From a virus (taxonomy: Duplodnaviria; Caudoviricetes): a stretch of 61,960 bases of DNA. The notes under the pieces were generated by a model. That model did no database searches. It was not told where the DNA came from and saw nothing but the letters and a program-made list of their open reading frames with translations. Both the position numbers and the translations under genes were made by a program. Where the stretch lies: positions 1 through 61,960 of the IMG/VR virus record IMGVR_UViG_3300020156_000031, one strand, 5' to 3'. Positions 46,210 through 55,600 of this stretch are shown piece by piece (the first letter of the stretch is position 1; every line of letters begins with the position of its first letter).

Positions 46210-48915
46210 TTAACGGGTGCCGTCGGGATCATGCCCGCCGGTCGTTCCATATCCGCCTGCCGAACTGCCGGTCCCGCCGGGGCCGCTGCCGCTTGGCGTT
46301 CCTGCGGGACCGTGAGTGCCTGTCCTCATGCCTCCATCGGTGCCGCGCGAAGCAACGCCGGTGGGGCTGCCGCTCAACAGCCCCATCAAAGCGCCCAGAG
46401 GGCCCTGGTCCGGTACGCCGTCGCCTAGCTGCGTTCCGCCGATCTTGTTGCCCACGAGCCCGCCAATCACCGCGCCGGGAAGCCCGAGAAGCGCGCCAAG
46501 CCCGAGAGCGCCGATCACGCTTCCCGCCATGCTGCCGTTGGCGATGGAATTGCCCATCGTCTTTGCCGCCGAAGGACTGGCGGAAATAGAGGGGGAACTG
46601 AGGGTTTTCGTCGTCTGCTGGCCAGGGATCTTGTTGCCCTCGACAAGCCCGGTCCAGGTCTTGCCCTCGTCAGCCGTGAATTCCGTGTGGTCGTATTTCG
46701 GCGAGTAACGGGCCACGCGTCCATCATCGAGCCGCGAGACGGTCGAGCCGTCCGTCGCCGTTCCCGTCGTGATCTGCCCTCCCCAGACACCCATGGCGGT
46801 TCCGAGCGCCTGACTTGCCGAGAGCGGGGATGACGAAGCCGCCGGCGTGACCGAAGGCGTAACCGATGGCGTGACCGCCGTATCTTCCACCGCCGGCGCG
46901 ATGGTCGGCGTGTCGGCTACCGTGATCGTTTCAAGCGCCGGGGCCGGCTGATCCGTCACTTCCTCCGATAGCGTCGGCGTCGAAAGCGGGCTGGGCGTCG
47001 GGACCGGGATTTTCCCATACTCGACCATCGTGTTCTGTATTTCGGCGGGGGTGGCGACATCAGGAGCGAGTGCGGCTACCTTGGCTTCCGGCGGAATGTT
47101 GGACTTCAACTCACCGTATTTATTGATCCGCGTCATCCCGGAAAGATTGGTCAGACCGGCCTCAAAAGCCCTTTGGGCCATTTCCCGGTAACCGGAAATT
47201 TGTTCCGGTGACATGGTTTGTGCGGGCGTGGCCGCAGGCGCTGAAACCTCCGCCTCAGTCGCCGCAACCGGCGCATTCGGATCAACCGCCGTAACGGGCG
47301 CGACTTTCGCCATTTCGGACCAGGATTCAACCGTGGGCGTCTTAACGGCGGGCGCTGGCAACGTGGTCCGTTCCATCGTCAGCGGATTGCCCAACGCATT
47401 TGCGGCATCGCTGGCTTCCTGCACATTGGCGAGATTTGCCTCCGCCTGGCTAGCGATCTTCTGGTGTTCCGGCGAGTTGATGCCGGTGACGGCGGGTGAG
47501 ATCGCTGGCGCGGCCGAGATGAGAGACTGGATGGCGCCGCTTGCGTCCAGGCCGGGAGTGGTCGCCACCTCGCCAAGCGCCGTGACGCTGTCCAGAGCCT
47601 GGACTTGCTTAGCTCTCTCCGAGTTGACCATCGCGTCCTGCAACGCTGTGGCGGATGTGCTGAGGGCGGGAGAGTCCAAACGCGCCGGGTCCACCGTCGG
47701 CGCGATCCCCGCGAGCCGGCTCGTTTTCTCGGCGGCGGGTTGGGCGATTTGCCGTTGCGCCATCATGCCAGCCGGGAAGTTGCCGAGGTTCGCCGGCTCC
47801 GAGGCCGCAGCGACTGCTCCAGGCGTGATCGATGTCGTTGATACCCTTTGGGCCTCGACGGGTTGAGCCGCCAGCGTGTCAGCGAAGCCTTCAGGAATCC
47901 CCATCATCGCAATGTTGCCGAAGGCATGAGCGGGAGCCATCGGTGTTCCAAAGCGGTTCATGTCCACGTCAGGGTCCGCCACCACTGACTGGAGGGCCTG
48001 TGCAGCCCCCGGCAGGCGATCTGTTTTCGGAGCTGCGCCCTCCGCGATCCTGTCATTCGCCGAAGCTTCAGCACTTAATGTCGGCGCAGGGTTATTCAGA
48101 CGGTCCATTGCCGCAGCCACGTCGGAACCTTCAGGCGACGGAACATTGGAAAGCTGCCTCTGCGCCTGCATCGCCGCGGCGAAGGATGCAATATCCGCCG
48201 GCTGCTGCATGGACGGTTCCAGCGCAGCAAATTCCCCCGGCTGGATGGCGGACTGCATCAGGTTTTGCGCAGCTTGCATTTGAGTCGCGACGGCTGGATC
48301 CGGCGCTTCCAGCATCGTCGCCATGGTGGCCGGTGCTGAATACAAGTCGTCCTGCGGAGCGGATACCGGAGCAGCAGCCATCAGCGCGGGGTTCTGCGTC
48401 ATCTGAATGGTTTGCGGCCGGTCCTCGGGGGTCGGCATGTCCACTCCCGAGACAAGCGATTTCTCATACATCTGGCGCTGGGCCGCTGCGGCGCGGACAG
48501 TATCGATGTTGGTCGGAAGCCTCGTTCCGAGAGTGGTCCTGATCCCGCGCTCGGTCGGTTCCGAATAGTATTCGTGGCCGCCTTCGACCGCCGTTTCAAA
48601 CTGGCGCGTTGCCGGCAGGTGCTTCACAGCCTCGGGCATCGCATAAAAAGTTGCGATCGTCGTCGGGCCATACTGGGCAACATTGTCGATGGCCGCCTGA
48701 GCGAGATCGACGTCGGCGCCGGCCGGCAATGCTTTCGAGTAGGCGTTGAATTCCTTCTGAACGCCGATCACCTGCTGCTGGGTTACGCCGAGCGCGAGGG
48801 CGCGATTGGCGATGACGGAGGCGATATTCAGCGCATCCTGCCAACTCGCCTCTGGTGAGGAATACGTCATCTCACCCGCGACGACCTGCGCCGGAGTCCT
48901 TGCAATCACTGGCAT
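46210..48915 (-). CDS. Internal virion protein with N-terminal cell-wall hydrolase (SleB/Hydrolase_2-like)
   Basis: VVAGE...ASVIANRA...EFNAY..TFY..GGH.Y; long A/P/T-rich linker; Gly-rich TM-like C-terminus. Confidence 0.6.
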   Translation of the reverse strand: MPVIARTPAQVVAGEMTYSSPEASWQDALNIASVIANRALALGVTQQQVIGVQKEFNAYSKALPAGADVDLAQAAIDNVAQYGPTTIATFYAMPEAVKHLPATRQFETAVEGGHEYYSEPTERGIRTTLGTRLPTNIDTVRAAAAQRQMYEKSLVSGVDMPTPEDRPQTIQMTQNPALMAAAPVSAPQDDLYSAPATMATMLEAPDPAVATQMQAAQNLMQSAIQPGEFAALEPSMQQPADIASFAAAMQAQRQLSNVPSPEGSDVAAAMDRLNNPAPTLSAEASANDRIAEGAAPKTDRLPGAAQALQSVVADPDVDMNRFGTPMAPAHAFGNIAMMGIPEGFADTLAAQPVEAQRVSTTSITPGAVAAASEPANLGNFPAGMMAQRQIAQPAAEKTSRLAGIAPTVDPARLDSPALSTSATALQDAMVNSERAKQVQALDSVTALGEVATTPGLDASGAIQSLISAAPAISPAVTGINSPEHQKIASQAEANLANVQEASDAANALGNPLTMERTTLPAPAVKTPTVESWSEMAKVAPVTAVDPNAPVAATEAEVSAPAATPAQTMSPEQISGYREMAQRAFEAGLTNLSGMTRINKYGELKSNIPPEAKVAALAPDVATPAEIQNTMVEYGKIPVPTPSPLSTPTLSEEVTDQPAPALETITVADTPTIAPAVEDTAVTPSVTPSVTPAASSSPLSASQALGTAMGVWGGQITTGTATDGSTVSRLDDGRVARYSPKYDHTEFTADEGKTWTGLVEGNKIPGQQTTKTLSSPSISASPSAAKTMGNSIANGSMAGSVIGALGLGALLGLPGAVIGGLVGNKIGGTQLGDGVPDQGPLGALMGLLSGSPTGVASRGTDGGMRTGTHGPAGTPSGSGPGGTGSSAGGYGTTGGHDPDGTR

Positions 48916-48931
48916 TGATGAACCTCAAATG

Positions 48932-48958
48932 AAAAAGGCGACCCCGAAGGATCGCCTT
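48932..48958 (-). terminator. Intrinsic terminator
   Basis: Minus strand AAGGCGATCC-TTCG-GGGTCGCCTTTTT. Confidence 0.82.
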
Positions 48959-48986
48959 GTTGACTGCCTCGCCTCGGCTTCTACAG

Positions 48987-49505
48987 CTACGCCTTGCGCT
49001 TCCGCTTTTCTGTTTCGGACTCGGCCTGATCTGCTGCCAGCTTTTGGGCTTCGGGGAAGCTGATCTTCTGCTCTATCATGATGCCGCGTATCGGCTTGAT
49101 GCTGCGTTCCCAGCGCCGGAGCGCAGCCTTGGCGTTCTTGATGTTGTCCTTCTTCGACTTCGTTGCAGCATCAAGATCAGCCACACTCGCCATACGGAGA
49201 GGAATGTAGGCATACCCGCCGCCATCCTGTTTGACCGCCAGAGTTGCCGGCGCATCATCCTTAAGCAACTTGAGTTGATCGCCCTCGTCGTCGCCATTGA
49301 TGCTGTGGGCGTTCTTTAGGTGCGACTTGATCTTCGCCTTCACCGCGACTTGGGCGAGCATTCGCTCGCTCTCGAATATCTGGTCGCCATAGTGGTTGAT
49401 CATTCGCGCGTAGACGGACTCCACATCGAGGATGGTGCCCTGCTCATCCAGCATGTCGCGCGTGATCTTCGCGATCATCGGGCCAATATTAATCATTGTG
49501 GACAT
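48987..49505 (-). CDS. Hypothetical basic protein (172 aa)
   Basis: GGAG SD; overlaps the ParB-like gene. Confidence 0.65.
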   Translation of the reverse strand: MSTMINIGPMIAKITRDMLDEQGTILDVESVYARMINHYGDQIFESERMLAQVAVKAKIKSHLKNAHSINGDDEGDQLKLLKDDAPATLAVKQDGGGYAYIPLRMASVADLDAATKSKKDNIKNAKAALRRWERSIKPIRGIMIEQKISFPEAQKLAADQAESETEKRKRKA

Positions 49506-50328
49506 TGCGGTACTCCCAGGTCTGGTAAATTGCGTGAAGGGCCTGCATGGTCATGAACGCCTTGCCGAAAACCCGATTTACATCCGGGGCTGCGTACCGC
49601 GGGCAGTCTCGGATGATTTGTTCCGCTGAGGCTTTTAGATTGGCAATCTGCGTCAGGGCCTCCACCAAGTCGTAACGGTCATCGAAAAACTTGTCATCGC
49701 TGACACGATGCAGGTCCATGTTCTCAATACCCGAACCGTGGAGCGCCTCGCGACGCTCCGCCTTAGGAAGTTCCACAATCTCCTTCTGCTTTTCGGGCTT
49801 GAGTTGAACGATTTTTGATGCCTCATTGAGGCTGATCTTGCCGGTGGAAACTGCCGCAACGACTTCAGGCTGACCGAGCTTGGTGACCGCCGCCGCCTTT
49901 TGCACACTATCGCGGCTCACGTTCAGAAGTTTGGCGGCTTCCGGCTGTGACTTTGCCTGAATTCCGGCAAGGTCAGTTCTGGCGCCCTGCTTCATCGTTG
50001 CGACCTTGGCAGCGATCATCGCACGCTGACTTTCCGTCAGGTGCCGGCGGTTGAGGTTGAGCGACATCACATACGGGATGATGTCTTCTTCCCGCCCGTG
50101 ATACTGCCTCACCTTGGGATCGATCTTCAGCCACCGGCAGGCCCGGAGACGGTTGCGTCCATCGATCACCTGCCCGTTGTGGACAACAATCGGCTCGCGC
50201 TGGCCGTTATCCCTTATGTCGGCGACGAACTTCACCCATTGATCGCCTTCCATTTCTGGGAAAAGCATGGCGGCTGGGTGGATTTGATAATGCACGCCGA
50301 TATCCTGTTCTATCTTTCGAATTATCAT
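49489..50328 (-). CDS. ParB N-terminal domain + HTH protein
   Basis: HP...FP.M, GQREPI, IDGRNR, NLNRRHL, G.RTDL; AGGAGG SD before MIIRK. Confidence 0.8.
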   Translation of the reverse strand: MIIRKIEQDIGVHYQIHPAAMLFPEMEGDQWVKFVADIRDNGQREPIVVHNGQVIDGRNRLRACRWLKIDPKVRQYHGREEDIIPYVMSLNLNRRHLTESQRAMIAAKVATMKQGARTDLAGIQAKSQPEAAKLLNVSRDSVQKAAAVTKLGQPEVVAAVSTGKISLNEASKIVQLKPEKQKEIVELPKAERREALHGSGIENMDLHRVSDDKFFDDRYDLVEALTQIANLKASAEQIIRDCPRYAAPDVNRVFGKAFMTMQALHAIYQTWEYRNVHND

Positions 50329-50439
50329 GGGTTCTGAACCCTCCTGCTTGACGATTTCAACACCCCTTGACTCCGCAGACCAATTCATGGCATAGGGTGC
50401 AGCATCACGTCAAGCATCATTTTCAGAATAGGCACCGGC

Positions 50440-50658
50440 ATGAACAACAGTGAAAAAGTTCGGGAAAACAAAATCCGCCGAATGGCCGGCAGACAGGGTC
50501 TCAGGCTGGAGAAGAGCAAGCGCCGTGACCCTCACGCTCTTGACTATGGCATGTACATGCTCGTGGATATTCAGACGAATGGCGTGGTGCTTGGCTCGGG
50601 TCCGGTCGGGCCGAACGCCGATCTGGACGACATAGAGAAGTATCTGACTAGCTCATAG
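50440..50658 (+). CDS. Hypothetical protein (72 aa)
   Basis: ENKIRRMAGRQGLRLEKS.RRDP...YG.Y; divergent from the ParB-like gene. Confidence 0.65.
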   Translation: MNNSEKVRENKIRRMAGRQGLRLEKSKRRDPHALDYGMYMLVDIQTNGVVLGSGPVGPNADLDDIEKYLTSS

Positions 50659-50704
50659 GAAATGGATATATCGTCCTCCCCAAGGAGGATGATTTGGGTT
50701 AGCA

Positions 50705-51025
50705 TTGGCCATGAGCAAGTCGCCATGGTCCCTTACCATCAGTGAATTCGCCTTACTGGCCGCGTACTGGGTTCCTACCATTTACGTGGCCGGGGAACTT
50801 TCCGGTCATTTCATGATCGAAATCGCCGGGTGGCACATCCGCGGGAGTTCCGCAGCCTCCTGCTTGGGACTCGTAAACGGCGTACTATTTTTCGTTGGCG
50901 CTTGCGGCATGGCGCAGACCGAAAGGAACGCCCGCTGGCCATCCGATATTGCGACGATCCCGGCAATCCTATCCACGATCGTTTCTCTGCTATTTTACTT
51001 TGCCGTTCTGCCTACTCAAAATTGA
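50705..51025 (+). CDS. Membrane protein (moron)
   Basis: About 3 TM helices; AAGGAGG upstream. Confidence 0.55.
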   Translation: MAMSKSPWSLTISEFALLAAYWVPTIYVAGELSGHFMIEIAGWHIRGSSAASCLGLVNGVLFFVGACGMAQTERNARWPSDIATIPAILSTIVSLLFYFAVLPTQN

Positions 51026-51896
51026 GGCTCGGATCGCGAGTATATGCCAACGGATCACTCACCTTGACGTCCATGTCTGAGCGAAAGCCTGCCTTGTAAC
51101 GCTTGTTCTTCACCGCCAATAGCGCCTCTGTCTTGAGATGGCATGCCCTCTCGGTGATGTCGAAATTTATGGCAACGCAGTCCAGTGTTTGGCCGCACTG
51201 CATGATGCAGTCCTCGATCCTTTGCTTGTTTCTCAGAGGACGCCCGATCGAGTTTCCAACGAGCATATAGCCATTCAGATACGTGAACCGCGCAGGGGCG
51301 TAAAACTCCTGGCCAAATGCCGCCTTATCACCGCTCTGCGTGTCTCGGTCCCTCAAGGATTTATAGGTTATGCCGAGGCGGTCGGCGTCCTCTGCGGTCA
51401 ACCATTGCATTCCCTTTGGTGGGGCCATGGAGGCATAAACGAGAACGGCATCCGAGTAGCCAAGATCACGGAGATAACCGCCGACCAACGCATTGCCGGC
51501 GGCGGAAACATCGAGGGAGGTACCGGTCGCGGTGTACGTCGCGTGAAACCCGACCCTCGAAGAATTGTAGATAAACCTCTCGCGTCCCGCCAGCCATATG
51601 AGTCCGCACGCGGATGCACACATTTGCTTCGCGCCGACGAAGGTTACCGCCTTCATGGCCCGCACCTTGCGCCCGATCTCAATTGCAGGGATGACGCGCC
51701 CGCCGGCACTCTCGAGCACCACCGCAGCCCATGGGTTTGCGTCGGCGATCTTGGCAAACCGAGCAGCGTCCTCGTCGTTTATGTAACCCTTGATCGTAAT
51801 CGTCGGGGCGCTATGACCGGCGACCACAATCTCCGCCGCCTGAACCGATCCGGCGAGCAAGAGCATTCCGAGGACTGCGAAGAACTGTTTGATCAT
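51012..51896 (-). CDS. Exported ClpP/crotonase-like (COG3904-type) protein with C-terminal PAN/Apple domain
   Basis: Signal peptide; LES.GG, CASAC, GFH; C...C....C......C.LK. Confidence 0.65.
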   Translation of the reverse strand: MIKQFFAVLGMLLLAGSVQAAEIVVAGHSAPTITIKGYINDEDAARFAKIADANPWAAVVLESAGGRVIPAIEIGRKVRAMKAVTFVGAKQMCASACGLIWLAGRERFIYNSSRVGFHATYTATGTSLDVSAAGNALVGGYLRDLGYSDAVLVYASMAPPKGMQWLTAEDADRLGITYKSLRDRDTQSGDKAAFGQEFYAPARFTYLNGYMLVGNSIGRPLRNKQRIEDCIMQCGQTLDCVAINFDITERACHLKTEALLAVKNKRYKAGFRSDMDVKVSDPLAYTRDPSLNFE

Positions 51897-51960
51897 GCCG
51901 GCAAGGTGAAGCTTGATTGACCTCTCGTCAAGGTGGATATTGACCCCTCCTGGGGAGGGG

Positions 51961-52338
51961 ATGAAGATGAACGACAACGAATTACTTCCAGACGAGATTG
52001 AAGTCTCGCATGATCCGCATACCGGCGAGATTAAGATCGACTTCCGGTCGGATCATCGTCTTGGAGCGGCGATAGTCCTTGATCGCGTTCGGGCAGCCAC
52101 TCTAGTTGCGCAGCTAACCCAGAAAATCGGGCACGGGAATGTAACTCCCATTTCCGCTCAACACCTGCAGGAACGGCAGACTTTGCAAACCGTGTCCGCT
52201 CGCTTTCAGAAAACCGACCTTGGGGCATTGGTGTTGGTCCTTGGGCTTAGCTTGGGCGACCGCATCGCTATGCTCCGAACCTCCCTCGATGAAGGGATGG
52301 TCGCGGATTTGAAGAAGGCGATCGAAGATCAATCCTGA
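51961..52338 (+). CDS. Hypothetical protein
   Basis: GGGGAGG SD before ATG at 51961. Confidence 0.55.
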   Translation: MKMNDNELLPDEIEVSHDPHTGEIKIDFRSDHRLGAAIVLDRVRAATLVAQLTQKIGHGNVTPISAQHLQERQTLQTVSARFQKTDLGALVLVLGLSLGDRIAMLRTSLDEGMVADLKKAIEDQS

Positions 52339-52352
52339 CCATCGACGTCGGT

Positions 52353-52604
52353 TCAACGCCGCTGTTCGGGCAGATGGAAGGTGCCGGCCGGTATGTGGTT
52401 TTTGAGTGAATTCAGGTCGATGTGCGGATTGAGATCATCTATATTTTGTGAGAAGGGCGGGTCAGGAAAGCGGTAACGGACTGCGACTTCCCATTTCTTT
52501 GGTGCATGCGGCTCGAATATCTGCGCTTCTCCGTACCGCGTTGACCGCCAGAGGACTGGCAGAGCCGCTAGAAAGCGTCGTATCCGACAAGATGCAGTGA
52601 ACAT
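52353..52604 (-). CDS. Hypothetical protein (uncertain)
   Basis: Starts directly after the polyvalent gene stop. Confidence 0.35.
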   Translation of the reverse strand: MFTASCRIRRFLAALPVLWRSTRYGEAQIFEPHAPKKWEVAVRYRFPDPPFSQNIDDLNPHIDLNSLKNHIPAGTFHLPEQRR

Positions 52605-55600
52605 TCAATTCTCCTTTCCGGCCTCGAAATACTGCTTCCGCGCCTGGTTCATGATTTCAAGCTCCTGCTCGTCCAGCATCTTGAGCAAGGCCTTGGCATT
52701 GTCCGGCTCCGACTTCTCGATCTGCCGGCGCTTCTTGTTGATGGCGCGGCGCTGCTTTTCCGCCAGGTCGAACGCCTTCTGGGCATCGGCTTCCTGCTGG
52801 TTGTCCTTGACGAATTCCTTGAGCCCTTCGCTGTCGCCGGACTCGCTGAATTCCTTCATCTTGCCCTTGACGTATTGGACCTTCTCGCGCTGGGCGTAAT
52901 ATTCCGAGCGCTTGCCATGGTCGTCCACCTCCCCATAGAAGGACCGGATGAACGGGGTTTTCTTCGGCTCGAATTCCAATGCCGCCGCGCGATTGGCCGT
53001 CTCCACGCTTTGCGAGACAAACCGCCCGACGCCGCCGGTAAACCAGCCCCACAGATGTTCCAATGAATCCGGGTAGACATCGATCGCGCCGGGGAGGACT
53101 TCATTGCCGCCGCTGATCTTGTTGAGCGTTTCCGCGCCCCAGCGGAAGACCGGGCTCGTGGATTTGAACGCCTGCTCGCTCTTGGGCGGCGGTGCCGGGT
53201 CGTACTGGTTTTCCTGCGGATAGATCGGGTTGCCGGCGAAATTCTCATTGGTGCCGAGTTCCCAGACGGGATCAATCACCGAGGGAAGCGCCATGCTCAC
53301 CCAACCGCCGGAGCCCAGCGGATTGAACGCCTCGAAGGCAACGCGCGTGCTGTCGAGCATGGCAGGCAGGAAATCCTTGCCGCCCGATGTCACCGCGCCG
53401 CCCTGCATCCCGAGATGCCAGAAGGCGTTCATGCCGAAGCCCAGCGGGATCATCACGTATTCCTTCGATCCGGGAAGGAAGAACACCATGCTGCGCTCGA
53501 ATTTCCACGGCTCGTTTCGGAGCATCTTGAGATAGGCGTTTTCGCCGTCGTCGTCATCGCCGGCCATGGCGAGGTTCCAGAAGTGCTGCGCGAGCCCTGC
53601 TCCCATGATGCCGGCCATGGCGACCTTGATCTTGCGCGAGCGATAGACGCCCTTGGCGAAATTGAGGTTGCCCTGCACACTCGCATTGAAGAACGTGTAG
53701 AGGCTGTTCATCGCCGGCGTCATCTCGCCCTTCTTCTGGAAATCGACGGTCAGGTCGCGGGCGAGAAACGCGGCGCGGCTGTCGGTTTCGCCGCGGGCGC
53801 GGCTGGCGTCGAACACGGCGAGGCGCATGCCGTTCTCGATGGTGTCGTTCAAGTCCTCGATGAGGCTGATGAACCCCTTCCATGTTTTCCCGACGACGCC
53901 CTGCGAGGTGATCCGCGCCATGTCCTTCTGCAGACGCTTGGCGGTGCCCTCGATCGTGTCGTACTGGTCGAAGGTGATCTTGCCACCGGCGGCCTTGAAC
54001 GCCTTTAGGGTGTTGTCCCACTTGCCGGTTCCCGGCTTGCCGCGCGCGTCGTTCCACAGGGCTTTCCATGCCTTCGGGATATTGGTCACCATCTTGGCGA
54101 TTTCGCCGGTCGAGAAATCCTTGCTCAGCGCCAGGGTCGCGCCGGTCTGCACGTCGCGCAGGAAGTTGATCGGCACGAAGGCTGGATTCATCCTCGTGTT
54201 AACCATCGACTGCCAGTTCGACACCTTGCGGACGATCTTCAGCGCCACGCCCAATTCCGGGAACGTCATCTTCTTGAGCGCGAGCCCGACCTTGGGATCG
54301 GCGAATTCCATATAGTAGGTCTTTCCGCCGACCTTGGCCGCCAGCACGTCATCCTTCATCTGGAAGGCATTGACCTTGCTGTTCGTTACCTTGCCGTCCT
54401 TGCCCAGCTTGCGGCGGTAGACCGGCGGTGCCTTGGTGATGTCGCCCAACTGGTCCGGTTCGTCCGACCAATAGACCTTAGCAATGCTTTCGCCTTGAGG
54501 ATCAAACTCGTTGATGAAGCGAAGCGCGGCCGTGGCAGCCTTGTTTTTCTCGACACGAATGATGCTCTGCTCTGCGTTGTTGATGGCATAGACGACAACG
54601 TTGTCCGCCTTGGTATAGCGGCCCGTCGCGCCCTTGAATTCGTCGCCCCTGACATCGAAGCCCCGGCTCTTGGAGGGGAACGAGCCGCCGGTTCCGTCGA
54701 GGTCCGATTCCGCGCGGAGCGGGACATAATACTGCCATTGCGTGGTCAGCCGCTCATAGGTGGCCTTGTTGATGAGCCCCGCCTTGAGCTGGCGCTTCAA
54801 CCCATCGTCAAGCATGGCGCGGATATGGGCCGAGGCGCGGCGGATGCCCATGAATTTCTCACGGTCCTTGGCGAGTTCGCGGATGATCTCCTTGGCCTCG
54901 TTGGTCGACATGCCCGAGGCGCCCCGAATGCTCGGGTCGGTCGCCGCCTTGTAGAGGTCCGAGTCCTCGTCATTCCGCAAGCCGACGACGCGGTTCCGCT
55001 CGGGCGCGTGCATGGCATACATGAATTCGTGCAGGTCTTTTTCCGTCGCGCCGACCTTCGCCAGTTCCTCGATCGCCGGGGTGACGTACTTTTCATCGAT
55101 CTGGTGGATTTCGTGGCGGATCGTACCCTCTGCCAGGCGGGCGGTGAGATAGGCGTCGGCGAGGTCGTTGAGCTTGACACCGACCTTGTTCTGCATCTGG
55201 AGAACCGGATCGAGGTAATCCACGATCTTGCGGGTGGTGTATTCGCCGAAGGATTCGCCGTCATCGGCATTCGATCGGTCGAACCGGCTGCCCTTGGACT
55301 TGGCCTTCGATGTGAGGGCCTTGCTGGCTGCTGCTATTGCGTCATGGAGACGGATGCCGCGCGCCTTCTCCGGGGTGCGGATCGGCTCGTTCGGGGCGCG
55401 CTCGACGATGGAGAAGTCAATGCGCGGATCGTTCGGGTCGAAGGTGCCGCGATTGTTGATGGACTTGATCTGCGTGGGTTTGAACGCAACGAAAGTGTCG
55501 GTCGGCTTGGTCTTGGCGTCGTTGTTATAGTTATCGCGGACATTGCGGATAATGACGCCATCGTGGCCTTCTTCGCGCGCCTGATCGATCACATCGCTGG

